Shown here: positions 38,118 to 46,120 of the stretch, piece by piece | Layout of the letters: every line of letters begins with the position of its first letter | Position numbering within the stretch: position 1 is the first letter of the stretch | Source of the DNA: Planctomycetota bacterium | GTDB taxonomy: Bacteria > Planctomycetota > SZUA-567 > H5-PLA8 | DNA length: 47,577 nt | NCBI GenBank assembly: GCA_045863855.1 | Contig: BTVV01000041.1 | Location: 1 to 47,577, forward strand | Direction: 5' to 3' | Made by a program: the position numbers and the translations under genes | The notes under the pieces: model-generated | Databases searched by the model: none | Seen by the model: the letters and a program-made list of their open reading frames with translations, nothing else | Told to the model about the DNA's origin: nothing

Positions 38118-41100
38118 TTGTCACCGCTATTAGGTTTGTACAGAGCTACTCTGATCGTGTTGCTCCTGAGCGTTTCATCCTTTGCAGGTGAGGTAGTTGT
38201 TGACTTGGCATCGCGGAGCATTCCCGGCTTTCACGAAGCGGGTGCCGAGGACAGTTCTCTGACAACAACGCCAGGCCTTAGGCAGGTCAGCGACGATGGG
38301 CGGTATGTCGTATTCGAAAGTAGAGCGAACAATCTCGTACCCAATGACTTTAATGGCGTTTCGGATATCTTTCGATTCGACACGCAAACGCGCGAATTGG
38401 TCCTGGTCAGCGTAAATTTCGCCGGCACGGAGAGTGGTAACTATGTCTCAAGGAGTCCTGTTGTAAGTGCCGATGGCATGCGCGTCGCGTTTTCTAGCGC
38501 CTCGGCGGATCTGCATCCCCTCGATTCGAATTTTACCGAAGATGTTTTTCTTCGGGATTTGAGCACAAATACAACCTACTTGGTAAGCATGAATGAATCC
38601 GCTACTAGTGGCGGTAACGGAAGTTCCGGGAGCCCTGCAATAAGCGCGAACGGTCTGAGAGTAGCGTTTCAGAGCGCAGCCACGAACCTGCACTCGCTGG
38701 ATACCAATAGTACGGTCGATCTATACGTGCGTGATCTGTCGACGGGCACGACGTTCCTGGCCAGCGTCAATGCCGCGGGTACAGCAGGCGCAAATGCGAT
38801 TTGTTTTGGCGCCTCGATAAGCGACGACGGCGCGCGCGTCGCCTTCAATACTGATGCAAGTAACCTAGACCCTAGGGATACCAATGGACTGCTGGACGTT
38901 TACGTGAGGGATCTTGACGCCGAGACGAGCTACTTGGCCAGCACGGACCGGTTTGGTACAGGCATCGCGAACGGAGCCTGCGACAGCCCCGTGCTTTGCG
39001 CGGACGGTTCGCATGTCGCCTATCGAAGCAAAGCAACCAACCTGCACGTCCTCGATACAAGCACAACATACGATATCTACGTCCGAGACCTAGACGCCGA
39101 AACGACCTGGCTGGCCAGCGTGGACCTACTCGGGACGGGAAGCGGCAATAGGGAGTCCTGGCGGCCTGCTTTAAGCGCGGATGGAACCCGGATCGCTTTT
39201 TTGAGCTTGGCAACCAACCTGCATTCCCTCCATACGAGCACTTTCGTCGGGCTTTTCGTGCGTGACTTGCACATGACTGCCACCTACCTGGCCAGTGTCA
39301 ACTCCGATGAAACGAGTGGCGGCAATGGCTCGGCGTCGTTTCACTCGATCAATGCCGAGGGGTCACGCGTCGCTTTCGCAAGCAGTGCTTCCGATTTACA
39401 CGCTCTCGATACGAACGCACAAAGGGACGTATTCGTACGAGATCTGCTTGAAGAGACTACACACTTGGTCAGCGTCAATCGCACCGCCTCGGGAAGCGGA
39501 AACGGGGAATCGATGGTGGCGTCAATCAGCGCAGATGGAAATGTTGTCGCCCTTTCCAGTCGGGCTTCGGATTTGACCAATGAAAGCATGCTCTACCCGG
39601 TTCAGAATGTGTACACACGTGAGTTGACGATTGGAGCGACCTGCCTAGCCTCAAGGTCCGCACTTCCGGAAAACAGGTCCGGCCTCCGTATTAGCAGGCT
39701 TGGGGTGGAGCCGAGAGTACGGCAAATGAGTGACGATGGCCGCTACTTGGTGTTCGAGAGCGCCGCGGACAATCTCGTTTTGAACGACACGAACACCTGT
39801 GACGATGTATTCCGCTACGATACGCATACCAACGAGCGGGTTTTGGTCAGTGTAAACGCAGGGGGAACGGGTTCGGCCAATGACCATGCACGAAATGCGT
39901 CGGTAAGCGCGGACGGTATGCTTGTTGCCTTTGTGAGCCGGGCCAGCAACTTGCATCCGTTGGGCGGAGGAACCTACGATAATGTGTACGTGCGAGACCT
40001 TCTCACCCAAACCACGTACCTGGCTAGCGTTAACTGGTCCGGAACAGGCGTGGCTAACGGTCACTGCGGTAGCCCATGCATCAGTGCCGATGGCACCCAT
40101 GTCGCCTATGTTAGCCATGCCACGAACCTGTCTGAAGTAAGCGTGGAGAACAAGCGCAACATCTACGTGCGAAATCTTGCCACTGGCACTACTTTTCTGG
40201 CATCCATCAACCACAGCGGGACGGGAGGCGGGAACGGCGACTCCCAACAGCCAATATTGAGCGCGAATGGTTCGCGCGTTGTGTACTACGGGAATTCCTC
40301 AAACCTTCATCCGCTCGATGCCGACACGGATCTGGACGTATTCGTGAGGGACATATCTACGGGTAGCACCTATTTAGCCAGCATTAACGAAACGGGCACA
40401 GACAGCGCCAACGGGCATTCTTTTTGGCCCGATATCAGCGCGGACGGTTCCCGAATCGCCTTCACCAGCTACTCAGATAATCTGCACCCGTTGGATTCCA
40501 ATGGCATTGCGGATATGTACGTGAGAGATCTTTCCACTCACACCACGATCCTCGCCAGCATGAACCTCTCGGGTACGAATGGGGGGAACTCTTCCAGTGA
40601 GGGCGGGCGCCTCAGCGCCGATGGCAGGCGAGTGGTTTTTCAGAGCGGCGCAACCGACCGTCATCTCCTAAAGACACACCCTTTTTTAAGCGTGTTTGTG
40701 CGCGACTTGGCCGATGGTGTCACCTATCTGGCCAGCGTCAACCACTCAGGAACGGGCGCCGCCAACAGTACCGCCAGCGGTGCATTTCCCAATTCGGACG
40801 GTTCTCGCGTGGCATTCATAAGTTATGCCACCAATTTGAGCCCGCTCGATTCCGATAGTGATAGGGATGTCTACGTATGGGACCAGGAAACAAACAGGGC
40901 CATGCTGGCCAGTGTGAACTCGGAAGGCACGGGAAGCGCCAATCGGGACACGCACGCACTTTCGATGAGCGCCAACGGTCTACGCGTTGCCTTTAGCACC
41001 ACATCGAACAACCTCCACGCTTGGGACCTCGACCTTTTTTACGATGTATACGTGGCCAAGCTTCCCGAGGTAGGTGTGCTAGGTAACTTTGTTTTTCACG

Positions 41101-43301
41101 ACTCGGACAATGACGGACTCTTGGAGCCCGGTGACGGCGAACTTGGACTGGACGAGGTGGCGGTTTGTCTCTATCGCGACGACGGGACCGATCCCAACCA
41201 GATGGATGAGTCAGATACGTTCCTGTTGTCCACCGTGACCGCAGGTGGCGGATACTATTCGTTCTCGAAGTTGCCCGATGGCGACTACATTATCCAGATC
41301 GCACCTTCCAATTTTCTTCCGGGTCAGGTGCTTTCAGGATATCAATCGAGCGCGCTTGGCGAATTCGTGCCAGATCCCGACAACGATGTAGACGGCGACA
41401 ACAACGGCGTCACGCAGGCCGGTTTGGGCGTGGTTTGCAAGGGGGTAACGATTGCCACGACTCATGAGCCCAGTTTTGCCCTTGATGGTGATGGAGTCAG
41501 TGGAAACCTTACCGTTGATTTCGGGTTCGTGCGGACTGCGGATCTGGTCAATGCGGTCGTCACCGTCGCCGAATCCACCGATCCCGTCACCGCCGGGAGC
41601 GGCGCGGGGAATCTCGTCTATACGATCACGGTGACGAACAATGGCCCGTCCAACGCCAGCGGCGTAACGCTCGACGTCACGCCCACGCTCCCCAGCGGCG
41701 TGACGCTCGACGATGCGGACGCCAGCGCGGGCGGGTACACCGGCGGCACGTGGACCCTCGGAAGCCTGGCCGCGGGCGGCAGCTCAACCCTCACGCTCAC
41801 CCTCACCGCCGGGCCGTCCGCCGCGCACAGCGCGAGCGCCAGTTGCGCGACCTCGAACCTTGCCGCCAACGAACCGCTCATCGAAACCGGCGACGACGCG
41901 GATACCGAAAGCACCGCCGTCCAGCGCCGCATCGATCTGGAACTGACAAAGAGCGCCGGCGAATCCATGCCCGCGGTCGGCTCCGACGTGACGTATACGC
42001 TGACGGTCACCAACCACGGCCCCAGCGACGCCAGCGGAGTGGAAGTCACCGATCTCCTCCCGGCGGGCCTCGCCTACGTCAGCGACGACGGCGGCGGAGA
42101 CTTCAACGACGCCACCGGGATCTGGACGATCGGCACGCTGGCCGACGGCGCGCAGGCGCAACTGGGCCTTACCGCGACGGTGACGGTAAGCGGCGAGATC
42201 GTGAACACGGCTCAAGTCTCGGACGCCAACGAGACCGACACCGATTCGACGCCCAACAACGGGACGGACAACGGCGAGGACGACGAAGCCGAAGCGCCGG
42301 TCGGAGCCGCGTACATCGGCGACGCGGGCTGGAAGATTCTGAGCGCGAGGTACACGCTGAACATCCCCAAGACGCCGGGCTTCGACAGCCTGACGCTGCA
42401 AGCCAAGCTCGAGTTCGCGGCGCTGCAGGCCGCGGGCTTGAATATCGCCCAACTGGGCGCTCAAACCTTCCAACTCGACTTTGGCGGCGCGGAACTTCCC
42501 GCCGCTGCGCTGGCGGCTACGGCGGTGACCGCGAAATCGATCGTCTGGCAGACCGCCAGGGGCGTGACGCCGGCCTTCAAGGCCACGCTCACCCTCAGTA
42601 CGGGTATATTGGTCGTTACGGCCTCGAACGCCGATCTGCTCACCGCGCTCGGCGCGCCCTTCGTGGCCGCACCGCAGGCAAACGCGCCGCAACCCGTGGC
42701 GGTGACACTCAGCCTGGGAACGTTTAACTCCACCGTCGTCCTGCTGACGAACTACACGCGCAAGTCGGCCACCTCCATGGGCTCGGGCTCCTTTAAGTGG
42801 GGCTCGGCGCTCAACGACTGGCCCGACGGCCTGTTCTTCGTCGACAAGGCTACCGTTCAGCAACGCACCTCGAAAGGCGTCGTGCAGCATCGCGCGCTGC
42901 TGACGTTGAATTTCCTGCCGGCGGGCGGCGCCGACTTCGACCCGCGCGCCAGCGGCGCGAGACTGGTCATCGGGGACTTCAACGAGACGGTGGGCAACGA
43001 TCCCCTGCTGGCGCCGTTCGTCGGCAACGCCGCCGGGACGATCTTCAGCTACCGGCGTCCGACGAAGAATACGCTGGGCGCCGTGGTGCCGCTGACGGAC
43101 CTGCAACTCATGCAGTTCCAGAAGCTCAAGTGGCTCGTCACGGCCACCAGCCACTGGCTGCCCGCAGGCGCCTTCGGTACGCCGCAGATCGGCATCGGCG
43201 CCCCCGCTACGATCCTGCTGCCGCTTGAGTTGGAAGTGGACGGCCAGATCAGCGGCACCGAAACCCTGCTGCGGCTGAAAGGCACGGCGTATCAGAAGTA
43301 G
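38118..43301 (+). CDS. Large secreted/surface protein: 16 TolB/PD40-like repeats, SdrD-B-like domain, two DUF11 domains and an unknown C-terminal domain
   Basis: TTG start with GGAGG RBS and signal peptide. Repeats of about 59-60 aa (ISADG.RVAF.S.A.NL...D.N...DVFVRDL). LGNFVFHDSDNDG...YYSFSKLPDGDY. YTITVTNNGPSNASGV and YTLTVTNHGPSDASGV.VTDLLPAGL. Confidence 0.88.
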   Translation: MSPLLGLYRATLIVLLLSVSSFAGEVVVDLASRSIPGFHEAGAEDSSLTTTPGLRQVSDDGRYVVFESRANNLVPNDFNGVSDIFRFDTQTRELVLVSVNFAGTESGNYVSRSPVVSADGMRVAFSSASADLHPLDSNFTEDVFLRDLSTNTTYLVSMNESATSGGNGSSGSPAISANGLRVAFQSAATNLHSLDTNSTVDLYVRDLSTGTTFLASVNAAGTAGANAICFGASISDDGARVAFNTDASNLDPRDTNGLLDVYVRDLDAETSYLASTDRFGTGIANGACDSPVLCADGSHVAYRSKATNLHVLDTSTTYDIYVRDLDAETTWLASVDLLGTGSGNRESWRPALSADGTRIAFLSLATNLHSLHTSTFVGLFVRDLHMTATYLASVNSDETSGGNGSASFHSINAEGSRVAFASSASDLHALDTNAQRDVFVRDLLEETTHLVSVNRTASGSGNGESMVASISADGNVVALSSRASDLTNESMLYPVQNVYTRELTIGATCLASRSALPENRSGLRISRLGVEPRVRQMSDDGRYLVFESAADNLVLNDTNTCDDVFRYDTHTNERVLVSVNAGGTGSANDHARNASVSADGMLVAFVSRASNLHPLGGGTYDNVYVRDLLTQTTYLASVNWSGTGVANGHCGSPCISADGTHVAYVSHATNLSEVSVENKRNIYVRNLATGTTFLASINHSGTGGGNGDSQQPILSANGSRVVYYGNSSNLHPLDADTDLDVFVRDISTGSTYLASINETGTDSANGHSFWPDISADGSRIAFTSYSDNLHPLDSNGIADMYVRDLSTHTTILASMNLSGTNGGNSSSEGGRLSADGRRVVFQSGATDRHLLKTHPFLSVFVRDLADGVTYLASVNHSGTGAANSTASGAFPNSDGSRVAFISYATNLSPLDSDSDRDVYVWDQETNRAMLASVNSEGTGSANRDTHALSMSANGLRVAFSTTSNNLHAWDLDLFYDVYVAKLPEVGVLGNFVFHDSDNDGLLEPGDGELGLDEVAVCLYRDDGTDPNQMDESDTFLLSTVTAGGGYYSFSKLPDGDYIIQIAPSNFLPGQVLSGYQSSALGEFVPDPDNDVDGDNNGVTQAGLGVVCKGVTIATTHEPSFALDGDGVSGNLTVDFGFVRTADLVNAVVTVAESTDPVTAGSGAGNLVYTITVTNNGPSNASGVTLDVTPTLPSGVTLDDADASAGGYTGGTWTLGSLAAGGSSTLTLTLTAGPSAAHSASASCATSNLAANEPLIETGDDADTESTAVQRRIDLELTKSAGESMPAVGSDVTYTLTVTNHGPSDASGVEVTDLLPAGLAYVSDDGGGDFNDATGIWTIGTLADGAQAQLGLTATVTVSGEIVNTAQVSDANETDTDSTPNNGTDNGEDDEAEAPVGAAYIGDAGWKILSARYTLNIPKTPGFDSLTLQAKLEFAALQAAGLNIAQLGAQTFQLDFGGAELPAAALAATAVTAKSIVWQTARGVTPAFKATLTLSTGILVVTASNADLLTALGAPFVAAPQANAPQPVAVTLSLGTFNSTVVLLTNYTRKSATSMGSGSFKWGSALNDWPDGLFFVDKATVQQRTSKGVVQHRALLTLNFLPAGGADFDPRASGARLVIGDFNETVGNDPLLAPFVGNAAGTIFSYRRPTKNTLGAVVPLTDLQLMQFQKLKWLVTATSHWLPAGAFGTPQIGIGAPATILLPLELEVDGQISGTETLLRLKGTAYQK

Positions 43302-43404
43302 CGAAAGCGGGTAACCGCCGCTGGCTTGATCGGCGCAGACTTACGCGCCTTAAGCCCCGGCTCGTCCGGCATTTCACTCAGGCAGGTAATCGAAAAACGG
43401 CGAC

Positions 43405-44424
43405 CTACGCGCGGTCGTCTTCGGCGGGCGCTTTGCCGGTGGAGGGCACGCCGGGGGGCGTTTCGGGCAGGTCGGCGCCGGGCGCGGGAACGGCTTCCAT
43501 CCGCGGTTCGTCGCGCAGGTAGCGCCGCAGCACCGGCTCGGACCAAAGTTCGAAGCGGCCCGGACAGCGCAGCACCACCACCGGAGCGCCGCTGTCGCCG
43601 AGATGCCGCGCGCGCAGCAGCGGCGGAAGCGCCACCGTCCCGCCTTCCACCGTGGCCTTGAAGGACCGCGCCAGCGCCGCTTCGAGTTGCTGGGCGTTCA
43701 GCGCCGGATTCGCGCGCAGCGCTTCGATCTGATCCGGCGTGTACGCGACAAGGCACTCTTCCCGCGCGTCGGCCTTGAGGTGCGGCATCAGCACCAGTTC
43801 GGTCCCGTCGGGCACTTCGACCAGTTCCAGCGTGTCGCCGCGCAGCACGCGGTCCCAACGCGGAGCGTCCTTGCGTTCGACCCAGCGCTTCATCGCCACT
43901 TCGGTCGCCGACGGATGTTCGGGCGCCACCGCCGGGAAGGCCAGGAAGTGCGAAAGCGTCAGCGTCACCAGCACCATCGCCGCGGCCAGCGCGACGTAGC
44001 GCAGCCACGCGAAGGGGCTCCCGGTTTCGCGCCGTTCGGCCAGGCGCACCGACAAACTGCCCGGCCGCGCCGCGCGGGCGCTCTCGCCCACGCCCTGCGC
44101 GTCGATCCGCGAAGCGCTCTCGCGCGCGCCCGGCGAAACCACGCCCGGCAATCGCATCGCCGTGCTGCCCGGGCGCTGCATCCGCCCGCTGCGTTCCTTG
44201 TGCGCCACCGAATCGCGGATGCGCTTCTCGAGCGTCACCCGGAACTCGGCCGAAGGCTCGACCACTCCGATGCGCTGAACCGCGCGCAGCGTCCCGCGAA
44301 TCTGCTCGAGTTCCGCGCGCACCGCGGCATCGCTCTGGGCGAGCGCTTCCAGTTCGGCCTGGCGAGCGGGCTCCAATTCGCCCTTCGCCAGCGCCACCAG
44401 ATCTTCTTGAAGCTGCTCGTCCAT
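43405..44424 (-). CDS. Membrane-anchored anti-sigma factor with a C-terminal MraZ-like domain
   Basis: Starts 3 nt after the sigma stop. ASD-like N-terminus (LVALAKGELEPARQAELEAL), TM helix (WLRYVALAAAMVLVTLTL), C-terminal CLVAYT...TVALPPLLR...VVVL..PGRFELWS. Confidence 0.8.
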   Translation of the reverse strand: MDEQLQEDLVALAKGELEPARQAELEALAQSDAAVRAELEQIRGTLRAVQRIGVVEPSAEFRVTLEKRIRDSVAHKERSGRMQRPGSTAMRLPGVVSPGARESASRIDAQGVGESARAARPGSLSVRLAERRETGSPFAWLRYVALAAAMVLVTLTLSHFLAFPAVAPEHPSATEVAMKRWVERKDAPRWDRVLRGDTLELVEVPDGTELVLMPHLKADAREECLVAYTPDQIEALRANPALNAQQLEAALARSFKATVEGGTVALPPLLRARHLGDSGAPVVVLRCPGRFELWSEPVLRRYLRDEPRMEAVPAPGADLPETPPGVPSTGKAPAEDDRA

Positions 44425-44426
44425 GT

Positions 44427-45038
44427 TCAACTCGATTCGTCCGCCGCTTCCTGCCAGGGGCCCGTGGCCCCTTTCATGCTCCGCCCGAGATGCTCCCGCA
44501 ACCGTTTCACCGCGTGGAACATGCGGCTCTTCACGGTGCCCACGGGAATGTTCAGCGTCTCGGAAATCTCCTGGTACTTCAGGCCCTGCACTTCACTCAA
44601 GATGAAGACCAGCTTGTGTTCCTCGGGCAGCGCGTCGATCGCCTCCACCACCGCCCCGGTCAGTTCGTCCTTGCCCACCGTCGAGCGCGGATCTTCGGCC
44701 CGCGCGGCCACCGCTTCGGCCAGCGAATGCCCGTTCTCGTCCTGCGCGTCCAAGCTCCGAACCTTCCGCTCGCTCTTCGTCCGCCGCAGATAATCGATCC
44801 AGCAGTTGCGGCCGATGCGATACAGATACGTCGTGAACTTGGCCCGCGGCTCGTACTCCTCCCGGTGCATGTACAGCCGCAGGAAAACTTCCTGCGTCAA
44901 GTCTTCCGCCAGCGTCTGATCCCAAACCAAACGGAAGAAAAAGTTCAGCAGCCCCACCTGATGCCGCTTGACGAGCTTGTCGAAGGCGGATTCTTCCCCC
45001 TGCGCAAACTCGGACATCAACTCAGGATCGCTTTTCAT
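44427..45038 (-). CDS. ECF sigma-70 family RNA polymerase sigma factor
   Basis: AEDLTQEVFLRL, KFTTYLYRIGRN..IDYLR, LKYQEISETLNIPVGTVKSRMF. Confidence 0.96.
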   Translation of the reverse strand: MKSDPELMSEFAQGEESAFDKLVKRHQVGLLNFFFRLVWDQTLAEDLTQEVFLRLYMHREEYEPRAKFTTYLYRIGRNCWIDYLRRTKSERKVRSLDAQDENGHSLAEAVAARAEDPRSTVGKDELTGAVVEAIDALPEEHKLVFILSEVQGLKYQEISETLNIPVGTVKSRMFHAVKRLREHLGRSMKGATGPWQEAADESS

Positions 45039-45070
45039 CTTGCCAAGCGTCCCGGTCGCGCTGGGTTAGG

Positions 45071-45096
45071 AACGCTCCTCAGAACGAGGAGGTTCA
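45071..45096 (-). promoter_or_regulatory. ECF-type promoter upstream of the sigma gene (probably autoregulatory)
   Basis: Minus strand TGAACC-N16-CGTT, matching the general ECF AAC/CGT promoter pattern, about 33 nt upstream of the ATG. Confidence 0.65.
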
Positions 45097-45225
45097 AAAA
45101 ATAACGCTCGCAAAACTCCTTACAAGACAGGAGCTTGCAAGAAACACACGAGGTGCGTCCAATAGGCTTAACGCGCATGCTTCAACAATCCGGCAACCAA
45201 AAATGATGCACGTGTGCGCTCGCCC

Positions 45226-45951
45226 TCATCGAACTTCAGCGACGGGGTCGGGTGTGCGGTGTTGAATCGATTCAGGCGTGGCTTGTTCAGCCGCCTTGCG
45301 CGCGCCCGCGAAGAGGTCGTCGGGTCCCGGTTCGGACGGATGGCTGGGATCTTCTTCGTGCCCGCCCAAGCGCAGGCGAACTTCGTACAGCTCGGGGACG
45401 GCTTGAACGGCCTTGCGCAGCCGGTCGATCACCACGTCGCTGCCTCCCTTATTAGTTAGGCTCAGGAGCACCGCGAAGCGGCCGGGGCCGAGCACATAAG
45501 CGCTGTCGCTGGCGCGCGTCGCGGCCCGCAGCGTCCGCGCCAAGGCGCGCCACGCCACATACGACGGCACCGTAAGTCGTTCGCCTTGTTCGAGATCGGC
45601 CAGCACCATGCCGACGTGTTTGCCCAACCGAGCCGAGCGCGACCACTCCACTTCCAGATCTTTGCGCAATCGGTCGGGGCCGAAGAGGCCGGTCAGTTGA
45701 TCCATGCCTTCGGGATTCGCATCGCGGCGGCCCGAGGCGTTGCGAGCGAAGACCCAGCCCGCCACTAGCGAAGGCAGTGCGCTGGCCAGCACGCCCCAGA
45801 GGAATGGCTGCACGCGCAGATCTTCGGGGTCCAACGTAAGCGCCCCCAGCAATCCGCCCATGCCCGCGCAGACCGCCGTGACGCCCACGCCGATCGCCCA
45901 AACGCTCCAGGCGGACGAACGGCTCACCGGTGGGACGGTCGCCTCGCTCAA
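45226..45951 (-). CDS. Membrane protein with a degenerate GGDEF domain
   Basis: Two N-terminal TM helices, DQLTGLF, EWSRSAR.G..VGMVLADLE, RASD-SAYVL-GPGRF-AVLL in place of RxxD-x5-GGDEF. TTG start with GAAGGGG RBS. Confidence 0.8.
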   Translation of the reverse strand: MSEATVPPVSRSSAWSVWAIGVGVTAVCAGMGGLLGALTLDPEDLRVQPFLWGVLASALPSLVAGWVFARNASGRRDANPEGMDQLTGLFGPDRLRKDLEVEWSRSARLGKHVGMVLADLEQGERLTVPSYVAWRALARTLRAATRASDSAYVLGPGRFAVLLSLTNKGGSDVVIDRLRKAVQAVPELYEVRLRLGGHEEDPSHPSEPGPDDLFAGARKAAEQATPESIQHRTPDPVAEVR

Positions 45952-46120
45952 AACCGCTTCCCCTTCAACGCTGCTGGATAAGTGATTTTACGAATCGCCA
46001 GAGCCTACCAGAAGCCTTGTCCGCGTAAAGACTACCGTTTGAACCTTCGACAATCCTCCAGCAGGCTCCTGAATCAGAGGGTATGTTGTCTATATCGCTC
46101 CGGATCGAGGATCAGGTTCC

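Noticed and set aside
38281..41060. Periodic DNA repeats as a CRISPR array or diversity-generating retroelement
   Set aside because: The repeats are in-frame protein repeats with synonymous divergence. There are no constant repeats with unique spacers, no cas genes and no reverse transcriptase.
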